Positions 24,057 to 36,680 of a stretch of DNA of 64,000 nt are shown in pieces (within the stretch, counting starts at the first letter, position 1; each line of letters begins with the position of its first letter). The stretch comes from Sphagnum compactum (lineage: Eukaryota). Location of the stretch: assembly GCA_965153455.1 (NCBI GenBank), contig OZ234493.1:25658213-25722212 (forward strand). The letters are read 5' to 3'. A program made the translations under genes and the position numbers. The notes under the pieces were generated by a model, which saw only the letters and a program-made list of their open reading frames with translations, searched no databases and was not told the DNA's origin.

Positions 24057-27000
24057 CCCTTCCGGTTTCACTACGACCCACAGGATCGATGGCGCGCTGA
24101 AGAACCTGTGCAGAAAAAAATTCTACGGTTTAGAGCTTCGAGCTTGAAGAGGTTGGTGGAGAGCAGCTGCTTGTCCACGGCACCATTCGAACAACAATCA
24201 CGACAGAAGAAACATTATGGAGACACACACCCATCTCACAAGTCGATGCAGAGCTGCGATTTCTTTTACACGCAACATCTTCTCGCAAGTGTGAGAGATG
24301 CTTTGGATTCTGCGCAAAGCCTTAAACCTCACAAAGACAAAAACGTCCAGCAGCGCAGTATCTAAAGCAGATCTCTCTCCGAACTCTCGCAAATAGGAGT
24401 TTCTCTCCGAGCGGTAGGTATATCTTCCGATGTTCTCAAGATGTCATAAAGGAGATTTTGTCAGGAGTGAGTAGGTGTGTTCTGAGAGCACAAAATTCAT
24501 CCCTGACATCATCCTTGGGACTTTGTCTCTCGGCTGCAATCTGATGAAATTTTGGAAAGCATTTGTGCTCAACCAAATGATTAGCTTCTTGTCTCCTGAG
24601 AGGACATCTGTCACACACAAAAAATGGAAAAAGATATGCTCATCTGCAAGATCCTCTCTCTCTATGCATTTTTAAAGCTTTTGTGGATCCTCCTTCCAAA
24701 TAACAATCTTCTTGTTTCCCAAGAACCACTGCACACTACTCTGTCTCATCATCCTTCAAATTGAGCCAATCTTGAAAGTCCCTTTCCAAAGTCCTCCAAA
24801 TCTTCCAAAGTCGTTAAGAGATCTAAACAGCATCTTTCTTTCACTTGAGAGATGTGATCAAGCTCCGTCTTCTGCAACCGTAAAGTTTTGGGAATTTTTT
24901 TTTAGTGTTAATTTAGGTCGCTCACCCACATGATTGTTCCCAATTTTCAAACCCCTTCCTTAATTGGGACCTTCTGAAACTGAGGAAGATCTCTTTTTCT
25001 TTCCTTTTTTTTAAGAAAATAATTTAATTTAAAAATAATAATTTATCATTTCTTCTTTTTTTAATCTCAAAATTCCTATCTTTCTTTCTTTTAATTTATT
25101 TTTGTTTTTTCATTTTAAATTTATATATTTCATTTGCTGGTTTTTAAGAAAAAATAAAATTGTATTTCTCATCTTTGTTACTTTTTTTTATCTGAATTTT
25201 TTTTAAAACATTCTTACTCACCTACTTAAGCTACATTGCCATAATTTGGCTAAATCCTTATGTGATTCAATTTTTTTGGTAACAAGATTGATCAAAATGC
25301 TTCAAGTTACAAGTTTTTTTTAAAATCACAAATGAAATGATAAGGTGAATGTTTACAACAAAAATGAAATGGTGAATGGTTCACTTGCATCAAAAAAGTA
25401 GATCAAAACATAATGCTTAAGCTCAAATGAAACAATGATGTTTGAATGGGCTTGAAATCAATATCATAGAAAACAAAGCCAAATATGGTTGACATATCTG
25501 ATAAACTTTGTGCAATGAGGATCAAAACTACACATGCACACACATAGACACTTTGCACATAAATAGAACTTGAAGCAAAAATCAAGTTCTAAAAATGTTC
25601 AAAGTTTCCATACTTGAGGTACTAATTGGAAATGCATTGTGGTTGATGCATAAACCACCAAAAACACACACTCCTAATCCTTTGACTTCTTACCAAGAAT
25701 TTAAAAAACTTATGTGAATATAGTTAATAATTTCTACACTACTAATCCCCTACTCACTTGCTCATCTCGATTTTCTCTACTGAAAACCCTCTTCTTTTGT
25801 GTACCTTACTTGCATTAACTTGCAGGACATGTAGCTTCTTTAACCTTTGGATTTTCACATCTACATTTATTACCAATGACCATATCCAACTCCTCCAAAA
25901 ACTCCTTTACACCATTAATGAAGCCATCATTGTTTATTTCTTGGCCTCTTTCATTGTTCACCTTTTGACTTCTTTCATCAACTCATCATCTATAGTTTCT
26001 TGAGGTTGAAGTTGAGGTATCACAACTGCTGATGTTTTCTGACCAATTTCAAATACTAAAACAACAAATTTCTGTTTCTTCAATGAAACATAATGTTCAA
26101 TTTTAATTTTTAAATAAGGGCCAAATGCATGTAATCTTGCCACAATAAACAATTACAAAATTAAATAACAAACAATAAAAAAATATTCATTATGGGTCTA
26201 ATTCCATAATAATTGAATTAGACCACAATTTTTTTGCACGGAGTAAAAATATAGTATGAAGCCAGGCTACAATTACTTTAAACCTTCCCCACTCTGGAAG
26301 CTAAAAACTCACAAAGAAAAGCTTTCATGTGAAGCCAATTAAATAAGATATTTTCCGTACTTTGGTGAAATCACCTTGAAGGCATTTTTCGAAAACATAA
26401 ACGTTTTAAAGCAAACCAACATCATGAAATTTTTATTGATATAGTTATGAAACACTTCTCCCATATAAACCCTTTAATATTTGATGGCACATCAGTATCA
26501 CCATTAGTAACCAACCATGACTTGTTCTCAACCTTTGTATTTTAGCATGTGTCATTGTTTGGGAAAGTTTTGTTTCAATTTGTCCTTCCTCAAATCTCAA
26601 AAAGACTATGAACTCTTTAGCAAAATCATGGAGTTTTTTTTCTTCAATATGGCCTACAAACATACACATATAAGTCTTAACATGCATTTTTATATTATAA
26701 TCCAAAAGAAAAAAAATGGCTTTAAAAATAAATTAAAAATAAAGATAGAACCTTGAAAAGGGTGTTAATTCATAAACTGGAGTATAAAGAACTCATAGGA
26801 GTTCAGGTACCAACTCTAAAAATGTTCTCTTGACATTCATCTTGCTAGTTCTTTTTTAAGTCCAATACCATGGATGTACTATTGATAACAAGAAAGACGA
26901 TACACTATTTTTTGAGCTTCTTCTCACTTGCATTCACCATCTCCATATTAGGTCATAAAGCTTAAGCATTGCCAAATGTAGTACTAGACAATAGGAATGG

Positions 27001-29694
27001 CCTGACATACACTCAACAAATTCCAATCAATTTAAAGCCACTAATAAGTTTACAAGTTGCATCCACATGAAAGGATAACATAATTGGACTAACCTTTAAC
27101 AACCAAATCACCACAAGTTAGTGAACAAGTATTCCCAAGTAGTGCAAATATTCCCAAACCCAAATGAAGTTCATAACTAAGATCAAAATTGTTCTTCTAC
27201 AAACATACTATAAAATGCCTATTGACAACAGAAAAGGCCAACCCAGTGACCAATTATAAGATTGAATACATAACCTAAAGGTAAATTTATATAACAATGC
27301 TAAATGGATTGTTGATTGATCACCACTACTTGCACGTTACAAGTTGATGATGCAATAAACCTAGCATGTCCATGGAAAATTATATATAGTTTAAGCTAAA
27401 TGTTCATTTTTTTGGTCTAAAAAATTTATTAGTCAAATTTAATAACTTCCAAAAAGTCATACCTTGCTTGTAAGAACACAATTAGTAGTAATTTATAGCC
27501 TAATGGAATTACTATTTTGTGATTTTAACCACACTATAAGGGGCCACACATGCCCCTTTAAACCACCTTTTTTTCGTTGTTTTTTTAAAAATATTTTAAA
27601 AATTGTTTTAGATTTATGTCTTTCAAAAAAAAAAATTAAAAAATTTTCTTGATATTATTATGTTAAGGTGTATGTTAAAAAATATCTTGAAATATGTCAC
27701 AAAGTTTTTTCAAATTTGTTTTTAGTGTCAAAATTGTTTTTAAGCAGTGGTTACAAATCTTTAAAAATGTAATTTACGTATTTTTCACTCATTAGATTGA
27801 TTCCAAATTTTTATGAAATGTACATAATGTATTCACAATAACATTTTATTTAAAAAAATTCTATTTATAAATTTTTAATCTCTTAACAATCCAAAATTCA
27901 AAAAATTAAGTGGTTATGATTGTTAATGGTACATGTTAGTATAACTGCACCTTTGTAGAGTACGCACTTTGACACTTCATAAGGGGCATACCTTCACACA
28001 TTGTAGACATCATGTAAGTGTCACTAGTGTTCATTTTGACAACAATAAAATGAACAAAACAATGTTGAACTATATGTTTTTGATAAAGATATACCATTTC
28101 AAATGGAACAATCATAAAATGTAACATTTTTTGTTCAAAAATGTGAATGACCAAACATGATTGATTGACTATATGATTTATTTTCTAGATTTATCTAGAG
28201 TCTATGGCTGTAAATATCATATAAAATATTTTAATAATATTTTATATCCCAATATAAGATCTTTTGGTGATCCCATCATATGACATTATTCCTATCATAG
28301 TCTGCACTTGAACATGTAACAAAGTTTCTTTGATCTCAACCAGTTAGTAACCCACATAAGGTGAATGGCGTAATCCTTTCATTAATCTCCAATGCTCCAT
28401 CCTCTTATCATAATTGTTTTAGATTGTTGCATTGCCTTGTATAAGTGATTCATGCATTAAGGTACATGGAAATTCGACTGTTCCAAACTACTAATTATAT
28501 GTTGTTCACATGATCCACTAGTTGCATTCATGAATTTCACTCATCTTGCATTCTTGTTTTTATTTTCGTCCTTGCAACTTTTTATGGAGATCATCACATC
28601 AAAGGTTGCAAGATCACAAGGAGGATCTAGAAGGAAGGAAACATGAAAAAAAAATTCTTCACATGTTTGGTTTGAGATTTCAAGGTTTTCAATGATTGGT
28701 TTTGGGAATGGGAACTTCACCGAGAGATGCAAGACAACATCATCAACTTTGTACAAAAAATCTTCATTCAAGAGAACTCATTTGTACATTTATCCCTTGC
28801 TAGGCCCCCAATTCAAGTGAGAAGAAGATCTCATACCTTTTTTTCAAGGAGGAATACATTACTTCTTTCATGATTCCTTATTTTTTCCTCAAGAGGAAAT
28901 CTGCAAGCAACAAGAAATCTATAAGTATACATGCAGAATTTTGGACCTAAATCACTTTAGAAATAAAATTTCAAAACCACAACATTGCAATTTTCCTCAA
29001 TCATTGTACCCTCATGAGACAAAGAAAAAGAAGAAGAAGAAAGCAGTAGCTTTGAAATGATTGAATTCTTGATGCTGAAAAGCTTAAGCTTCAATACTTG
29101 CAAATTCCAAAACCAAAGAACAAATAAATCCATTATTCAAAAAAGGAATTTGTTTCTCCATGTATAAGGGTAAGCATTGCATATACATTTGCAAGTAAGA
29201 AGAAAAAATCTACAAGACTATGTTTGTAGATTGAAATCTAAATCATCTTTGAGAGTTATATTTCTCGTAACGATAACACGCCAGTTAGAAGAAGATCAAC
29301 AACATCTAGAAAAACAAGAACACGAGCTTCAATTGAGAACTTGCAAATTTGCCAAAGCCAAAGATCCATGAATAGAAGTTTTCACTGCTCTTCTTACGAA
29401 GAGAACAAAAAGATTGTTAGGGCAAAAAAACAACAAGGATCTCTTTTGCAAATCTCTTGCAAACGCTTCTGCGCGAGAGAGCTCACTTACTCGCACTCGC
29501 TCGCTCGCTTGTCGTGAAACCAAACATTCTTGAAACCTTTACTTCACCACCATCACCATTCTTTCACTAGGGTAATTTACTAATTTACCGTTTCCTTCTT
29601 AGATCAAAGATAAATTCAGACCGTCCAATTATGGGCATCTCTCATCTCAGCTGTTGATTTGGATTCATTGCGTTTTTTGTTTTTACCCTATGGC

Positions 29695-29980
29695 AGTGGA
29701 TGTTTTTATTACCAACTTTCGCCAATTTGTTAAAAAAAAGTCTGAAAAAAGGATATTCTGTTAAAAAACCCAAGTTATTTTCCAAAAACAAAATCCCAGC
29801 CAAAAAGGAATTTTTTTCCTAAAACTTTGTCAAAATTTTGCCACAACTGACTACAACATTGAGAGGGTCGTTACGTTATTTCTACTTTCATATTTTCAAT
29901 ATCGCCAAATTTGGCAAAATACTATTATGGATGATCGCCAAGTAAGCAACATCATAAAATTGGAAAAAAAATTCACTGCC
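29695..29980 (+). repeat. Dispersed gene-flanking repeat (family A, GCCAAATTTGG..TATGGATGAT core); further copies at about 37100-37255, 53160-53310 and, inverted, 53520-53610
   Basis: Shared core ctttcatat...gccaaatttggc.aaat...tatggatgat.gcca..t..gc.acatca.aaa. This copy is bounded by CAGTG...CACTG. Confidence 0.6.
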
Positions 29981-30612
29981 CTGTGGCTGGCCGCTAGACA
30001 GATTTACTTTTACTTGCGTGAAAAAACAAGTTACCGACTCCCCTCTGCTCGCGTTGCATTTGCCTTTGCCTTTTCCTGCTCCCCTTGTTGTTGGGAATTG
30101 TGGAGTTTTCCAGCTTTCCAGCTGCCGCTGCTTCTACGGTGTCTTGTTTTTCTCCTCGTCGTTGTGGGAGCGATTGTGAGTGGGGTTTGTTTGGTTTTTT
30201 TTTTTTTTTTGGTTGTTTCTGTAGGTGCTTTTGAGTACTTTGGAATGATCTATTGCTTGCATGCTGATAGGGTCCTTTTTTGGCTTCAGGATTTTGAAGG
30301 TTATGATATGATGATGTAGGAGTTTAGAGAAGTAATTCAGGATGGGGATTTAACTTGATGAGAGATTTGCAGGAGGGAGAGACAGAGACAGAAACATAGA
30401 GAGAGAGAGAGGAGTGGAAAGAGTTTTAATGGATTTGGGGTTGGGGTTTTGCTTGGGTGAGGAAGATGAAGTCTAGGTGGAAAGGTGTTGTAGTGGGGTG
30501 GGGTGGGGGTGTGGAAGGGGAATGATGGGTTGGGGGGTTTTCTGGTGATGGGTTGATTTTTTTATAAAAATTCGGTCTGTAAAGTGATTGTGTTTGAATT
30601 TTTTTGAAAATC

Positions 30613-31611
30613 ATGGCTGCTGCAAATGCAAGACCACAATTGTCAGAGAGCTCACAAGCATTAAATTTCCAGAGGGAGAATTGGAATTCGGAAGAGATAA
30701 AGGCTCTGGTGGATGTGTGGGGAGATGCTTACATGAAGATCAAGAGAGGGAACCTCACCAACAAGCATTGGTCTGACATTACACAACAAATCAATTCACA
30801 GTTGAACACAAATCGCAGTGAGAAGCAAGTGCGCAACAAAGTGGATACAATTAAGAAGAGGTACAAGAGAGAGAAAGGTAAGAGATCCCGAACTGGGGAG
30901 GTGAAATCCACTTGGGAGTATTTTGACAGGGTAGATCTGCTGCTAGGCTGCACCCTGAAGAATGCAGCGACCCCGCAATTAGGTTTGAGTGGTGGTGCAG
31001 ACCTCAAATTGGGCTCAGAGATTCCGAATTTGAAGGAGAGACAAACCCCTGCTGTTGCTCCTGCAGCACCAAACCCTAATGTTGCAGTGAAAGTGAGTTC
31101 AGAGCATGGGAGCTTGGATGGAAGCATGGATTCAGGGAATGAAAGTGCATCTGAAGAGCGCTCAAGCTCACCTCCGATTGGATTCAATACCTTTGCGACT
31201 CCTCGTACTCAGGACTGTGGCATTCCAGGTGGTTACATTCCGAAAGAAGAGGGTAGGATGAAAGGAAAGAGAAAGAGGCTAAAATCCAGCAGTCAATTCA
31301 ATTCTGTGGCAGAAAGTATCCAACTGTTTGGGGATGCTCTTTTCAAAATTGAGCAGATGAAGTTGGAGCTAGGCCGAGATTTGGAGGAGAGACGGATGCA
31401 GATGGCCAAAGATATGGAAAATAGACGCCTTGAACTGGCAGAAAGACATCTGCAAAGGAAGGAAGCAATGGAAGAGAGACGCATGCAAAGAAAAGAAGCT
31501 ATGGAAGAGCGTAGAAGGGAAATGCAGATTGCATTAATGCGAATGAAATTGGAGTTTGCAAGCAAGAAAGGAAAGCTCACTGATGATGAGTATGAACAAG
31601 CAAGTGAGTGA
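30613..31611 (+). CDS. Trihelix transcription factor (Myb/SANT-like DNA-binding domain, SIP1/ASIL-like), single coding exon
   Basis: WNSEEIKALVDVWGDAY..RGNL..KHWSDI..RSEKQVRNKVDTIKKRYKREK..STWEYFDRVDLLLG, plus a C-terminal coiled coil (VAESIQLFGD..KIEQMKLE). Confidence 0.9.
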   Translation: MAAANARPQLSESSQALNFQRENWNSEEIKALVDVWGDAYMKIKRGNLTNKHWSDITQQINSQLNTNRSEKQVRNKVDTIKKRYKREKGKRSRTGEVKSTWEYFDRVDLLLGCTLKNAATPQLGLSGGADLKLGSEIPNLKERQTPAVAPAAPNPNVAVKVSSEHGSLDGSMDSGNESASEERSSSPPIGFNTFATPRTQDCGIPGGYIPKEEGRMKGKRKRLKSSSQFNSVAESIQLFGDALFKIEQMKLELGRDLEERRMQMAKDMENRRLELAERHLQRKEAMEERRMQRKEAMEERRREMQIALMRMKLEFASKKGKLTDDEYEQASE

Positions 31612-34200
31612 CAGGCACCATAAACCTTTAGCATGAGTCTTGGAAGGTGTTCTATGATGCAGATGGCAGAATGTGTTCCTGTGCCTTGTAAAGAGTTTAT
31701 TCTCTTCTGTCTAAGGAATGTTATTTGGCTGCCCAGCTCAATGGACTGTCTGCTCTAGTTATTCAAAGATTCCTCTTGCTTTCAGGTTTGGTGTTGTTCC
31801 AATTGTCCAGTTCTCTTCTAAGACCAAATCTTGTGCAAACTTGCAGAGAGTGTACAAGAAGCAACGAAGCTTATCCCAAGCAGATCTGCCGACATGACCA
31901 AAAATCAATCAAAAGGTAGTGTATGTGAACCAGCAGGTAATGGGCAAGCCATGACAAAACATGTCTCAGGCTTACCTGCAGAGGTTGCTACACGTGCATC
32001 AAATGCCATCTGATGAAAACTTGCAAATATTGCAAGACACAAACAATCATTTGCAATGCTGTAAGGCATGCAGCTGCAGGTAGTGATAGGGTAATGATTG
32101 AATCAAGTGACAAAACACACAGCATGATGACAATTTCATTTTTAGGGTTGAACTCAAGCATCTTGTGGCCAGGCAGGCACACAAGTTGTGTTCATGTTGC
32201 ATTGGGAAAGGCTTGATATATTAGTCATAAGTTTGAAATGTTTCAGTAGTCCTGGGACAGGTTAGAGTGATTCAGATCATGAGACCTATCAGATGTATAT
32301 TAATATATGTACTGTGAAGTCATGCTTTTGTGGGTGGTCAAAATTGGGATATGTCTACCCACTGCATGGCTCCGATTGAGAATGTAAAGACTTTCTTAGT
32401 ATCACATGACTAGTTGCACTGGTGATACCATGTCAGATTTGGCACTCTCGATTGATGTTGCATTTTTACATCCCTCTTTATTCATACACCCTACTTGCCC
32501 TTCCAATTGTATCTTGCTATTAAATTCAACCAACTAATTCTGAAATTTGAGCTTTCTGAAGTTCTGAAACCCCCATCTTTTTGACATCATATGTGAAAAG
32601 TGAAGTGTGGGCACTTTCATTCACGTACAAAGCTGAACATTTGTAGAAACTGGTGAGTGGGGAGCAGACATTTGCCTGTGACTTTTCGAAGCGTTGGGCT
32701 AGAGATTCTGAGAGATTGAGGTTCACCTATTTTGCAGGTGTCACTGAATTACATGGAGTCCAAAGTTGAGTCTTATATCAAAATTCGCAAGCTTTTTGTG
32801 ATTGTATATGCCTGGCTTCCTCACATTATTACATGCTACTGGATTGGTGCCCAACACTGCTGAAACTAACCAAGTCAAACACATGAAAACATGCACACAA
32901 ATCAGTGCAACAGTGTGAGGCACACTTGATGTCAGTTTTTCTGTTTTCATTTTGTTTGGGCTTGGATTCTCACAAGTTTCAGAGGTGAGTTTGATTTTGT
33001 AACACCAAAGATGAGACTCCATAGACACACATCTCCCAAACTCAAAATAACTGGAACCTCCATTGACATTGAACTGGGTTCTAATCACAAAACAAATCCC
33101 ACAAAACATTAATGTTCTGCAATAAAAACCTGTTTAACATAAGTGCTGCATTTGCAACAAATTGGTGAAAAACTCATGGAATTGGAGCATGACTGGGTTG
33201 ATTGTACAATGCATGCATGTTGACAGCAAGGTCAGACTTACTCAGATGCCCAGATGATGAAGAATCATGAGAAGATTGACACTCAAAAGTGTATGATCAT
33301 CAATTCCATCATGAAATCACAGTGACTAGCTGCCACTACTCCCCACTGACATCACCAGCTCTCAACACGTGTCGATCATTTTCTAATTATCTGCTTAAAA
33401 TTTCTGTCAAACATGTGTACAGAACTCTGAGTCCTGAGTTTGTGTCACATTTCTGCAAACAACAGAAAGACTGTGGACAGGCTAAAATTCAAGAGACAGT
33501 GCTAAACAAAAAAGCTAAATGGTGTCCCCATTCAAGCTGCAACAAGCTTGTGAGTGTCAGTTTTATTTCAATTTAGCTTGTCCCTGTACAAACAGGCATC
33601 TAAGCCCGAGGTATAGAGAGGCTTACATAGCAGATAGTGGTTGGGTCCTCTTGTACCCTGGACATATCAGTTAACCACACCACTGGTGACTGCTTGGATA
33701 CAATATATTCACTCCATATAGAACAGCTGACAGTGGCAAAAAACTGGCTGACTACAAAACTTCCAATGCCTACTTGATAATCCCATACAACCTAATACTT
33801 GGAAAGTGGACATAAATCTAAACTTATTAGCTGGATCATCAAGGAAAGAGAGCTGATTTCACAAACATCTCTTTGAAGATACCCATGAGAATGTTTCCTT
33901 TGTCTCAGACCACAGGTGTCCCTCATGTTGTAATCCAAACTCTGCAACAACCACATCTGCAGCCACAACCTGGCAACTGCCTACTTGAAACCCCAGAGAG
34001 AAGGGCTCAAGGAGAAAACTTATCTTGTATGGAACTGGAACAGAAGTGAATTGCCAGAGGAAGCCTCCAGGAAACTTGCAAATGTACTTTGCCTACAACA
34101 TGATATGTCCATCAACATGCATCTGGACGAGGACTGCCGATGATCATATTTTCAAGAGGTGGATGTGTCCCATGATTGGTAGGAGCCCCCTGGTACACAA

Positions 34201-36137
34201 CTAGTAGTATTCTTCCTCCTGTGATACATGTTGGAACAACATCACTGTAACAAGGACAACAAAAAATGATGCAAACTCAATCCACATTGCACCTGACTCT
34301 ATAAGCTGTGCATGCCTCAAGATTGCTGGAATTGCAATGCTTCCCACTGCCGAAAACCCTGTCAAGAACTTGGCTGCATCTGCCCAGCTGTTTCATCCCA
34401 CAGCAAAAATGAAATCAGGTATACATACTCTCTCTCTTGCTGACCAATCTTAACTACTGTCTTACTAACTGAGGACAGTCCTCTGGCTCCAAGAGAAACT
34501 CAGTAGTGTACTCATTCAAGCTGCAACAAGTTTGTGTGGGTAAGCTTCATTTCATTAAACTACCCTGTACAAGCAAACATCTACGCCTGGGGCATAGAGA
34601 AGTCTACAGAGTAGTGATTGGGGCCTCCTATACCGTGAAAATATCCTTGATACACACCACTGGTGACTAATTGGATACAATATGTCCACTTTAGCCAGTG
34701 GAAAACATTCCTACAATATTGGAAAGAAAAATCCACAATAACTCTGTAAAGGTAACCATTGTGTCAGTTCTGGGCATATACCACTGAAGGACAAGGTCAG
34801 GACAGTGCTTACTCATCACCACCGTTGACAGAAATGAAATCAGAGGAACTTGTATTCCCAAAGAACAAACAAGGCATAGGTACCAGAATGTACATGAGCA
34901 CTGCACATCACACAAGCCATTCAGATTATCTCTGAGCTCTCAACAGGAATTGAAGTATATCCAATCACACAACCTATTGAGTCCCTCTCTCGACTCCTCA
35001 CAAGCATATAGCATTCTGACACACCCAGGCCAATTGCTATGAAGCAGCATATGAGAATGAGAGAGGAAGTTACAATGCCACATTGCACATGTATTCTGTC
35101 CAAATAGAATGAAGTTGAGAAAATCAAAACCCTTGCAGGAGAATTCTGTACTTAGATGGACTGTCAACAATTTTACCTGTAAGCATCGGCCACCAGTTAT
35201 TATACAAAGCACATCCCTGTTTCACACCCCACACCTTGTAAACAGATGAGATTCAATATTCCAAGCTGGAATAACATGGAAGAAAGAGTAAGCTGATGAA
35301 TTCCTAAGATCATGACCTCAGACTTCAAAGCTCTCCTGTGCATCAACTTCAATACTGAGCCACAAGTTAGACCAGGACCCAATTTTTTTTTTCAAAGGTA
35401 AAAATCTGAGCAAAAACATACCAGAATCTGCAACAAAATGCCCACAGAAAGCAGGAACGCCAATCCAGCCAATCTGCATGGGCCCAAGCAACCATTACCA
35501 TAAGCTCCCCAGTCTGCCATGGCCCCTCACTCTATACCGGTCCTAGATACATTCCTTGCTTTGGCCTGGGCTGGAATAACTCACACTGCTCCACAAATTC
35601 CATCCCCATTTGCCATCCCATCGCCAGCCCAGTGCAACCACCACGATCACACAACATGCATTCAAAACAACCCACAGACTATCTCATTAGGGTATTAACA
35701 AGCTTGTGTGAAATTGACAACATAGGGATTATACCCAGTTGGGCTATTTCTTGGTAATGAGAAGTCAGACATCAGCTCTCTGGATTGATTGAGCAACATG
35801 GACGACAAGCTGTTTCTTGTATGCAGAAGTATGATTTCTTCAATAACAAACTAATTAAGGTTTCACAGCAACACAACTCAAAAAACCCTAATCGACCTAG
35901 ATTCAACTGATCCGGGAAAACACAACCACGGAACGAAACCCCACCATCCCCTCCTTCCTTCTTCCATCCCATTCTTCTTTCGAAGGAAGTAAACAAAAAA
36001 CCTACAGAATAGAATAAGATGTAGAGTTTTGACTCAGAAGCTGCAACAACTGCACAGCACGAAATTCGGCCCCCCCAAAAAAAAACAACAAACAAATACC
36101 GCACACGCGAACACACACACACGAGGAGACGGGCCAT
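34201..36137 (-). CDS. VPS55: Vacuolar protein sorting 55 / OB-RGRP family membrane protein (exons 36100-36137, 35422-35473, 35177-35216, 34813-34900, 34201-34387)
   Basis: Missed by the ORF track. The spliced translation reads MARLLVCVCSRVR-LAGLAFLLSVGILLQIL-GCALYNNWWPMLT-VLMYILVPMPCLFFG..-WADAAKFLTGFSAVGSIAIPAILRHAQLIESGAMWIEF..EEEYY*. All four introns are GT-AG and phase-compatible. The first exon is the least certain. Confidence 0.9.
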
Positions 36138-36239
36138 GTTCTTCCTCACCTTGAAATGACAGGGCCATGTACTGCAACCTCCTCGTTGGGTGATAGGAGA
36201 AGGCTGGTGGGACGTGCTGTCGGAAGTTGAGGAGAGAGA

Positions 36240-36680
36240 GAGAAGCGAGCGAGCAAAGGTGTGCGTGCGATAAAGAGGCCACAAAAGTGGCACAGGAGTT
36301 TTACGCGAAGCGCGGGGAGAGAAACAGAGAGCGAAGGGGGCGTGCTACAAAGAGGCCACAAAAGTGGCGCAGCAGTTTCACGCGAAGCGGGAGGAGAGAG
36401 AGAAGGTGTGCGTGCGAAAAAGAGGCCACAAAAGTGGCGAAGGAGTTTTACGCCAAGCGCGGGGAGAGACACAGAGAGCGAAGGGGGGCGTGTACAAAGA
36501 GGCCACAAAAGTGGCGCACAACTTTTACGCGAAGCGGGAGGGGAGAGACACAGCAAAGGTGCGCGTGCGAAAAAGAGGCCACAAAAGTGGCGCACCACTT
36601 TTACGCGAAACGGGAGGAGAGAAGAGAGCAAAGGTTTGCGTGCGAGAAAGAGGCCACAAAAGTGGTGCAGCAGTTTCATC
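36240..36680. repeat. GC-rich minisatellite, 6 units of 70-77 bp with invariant core AAAGAGGCCACAAAAGTGG
   Basis: The GCCAC of the core starts at 36278, 36355, 36425, 36502, 36578 and 36653. Confidence 0.9.

Noticed and set aside
30729..31634. Antisense ORFs of 152 and 113 aa
   Set aside because: Shadows of the trihelix CDS on the opposite strand.
36240..36680. CRISPR array (palindromic repeats at regular spacing)
   Set aside because: The intervening sequences are homologous to one another rather than unique spacers, there are no cas genes, and the context is a eukaryotic promoter.
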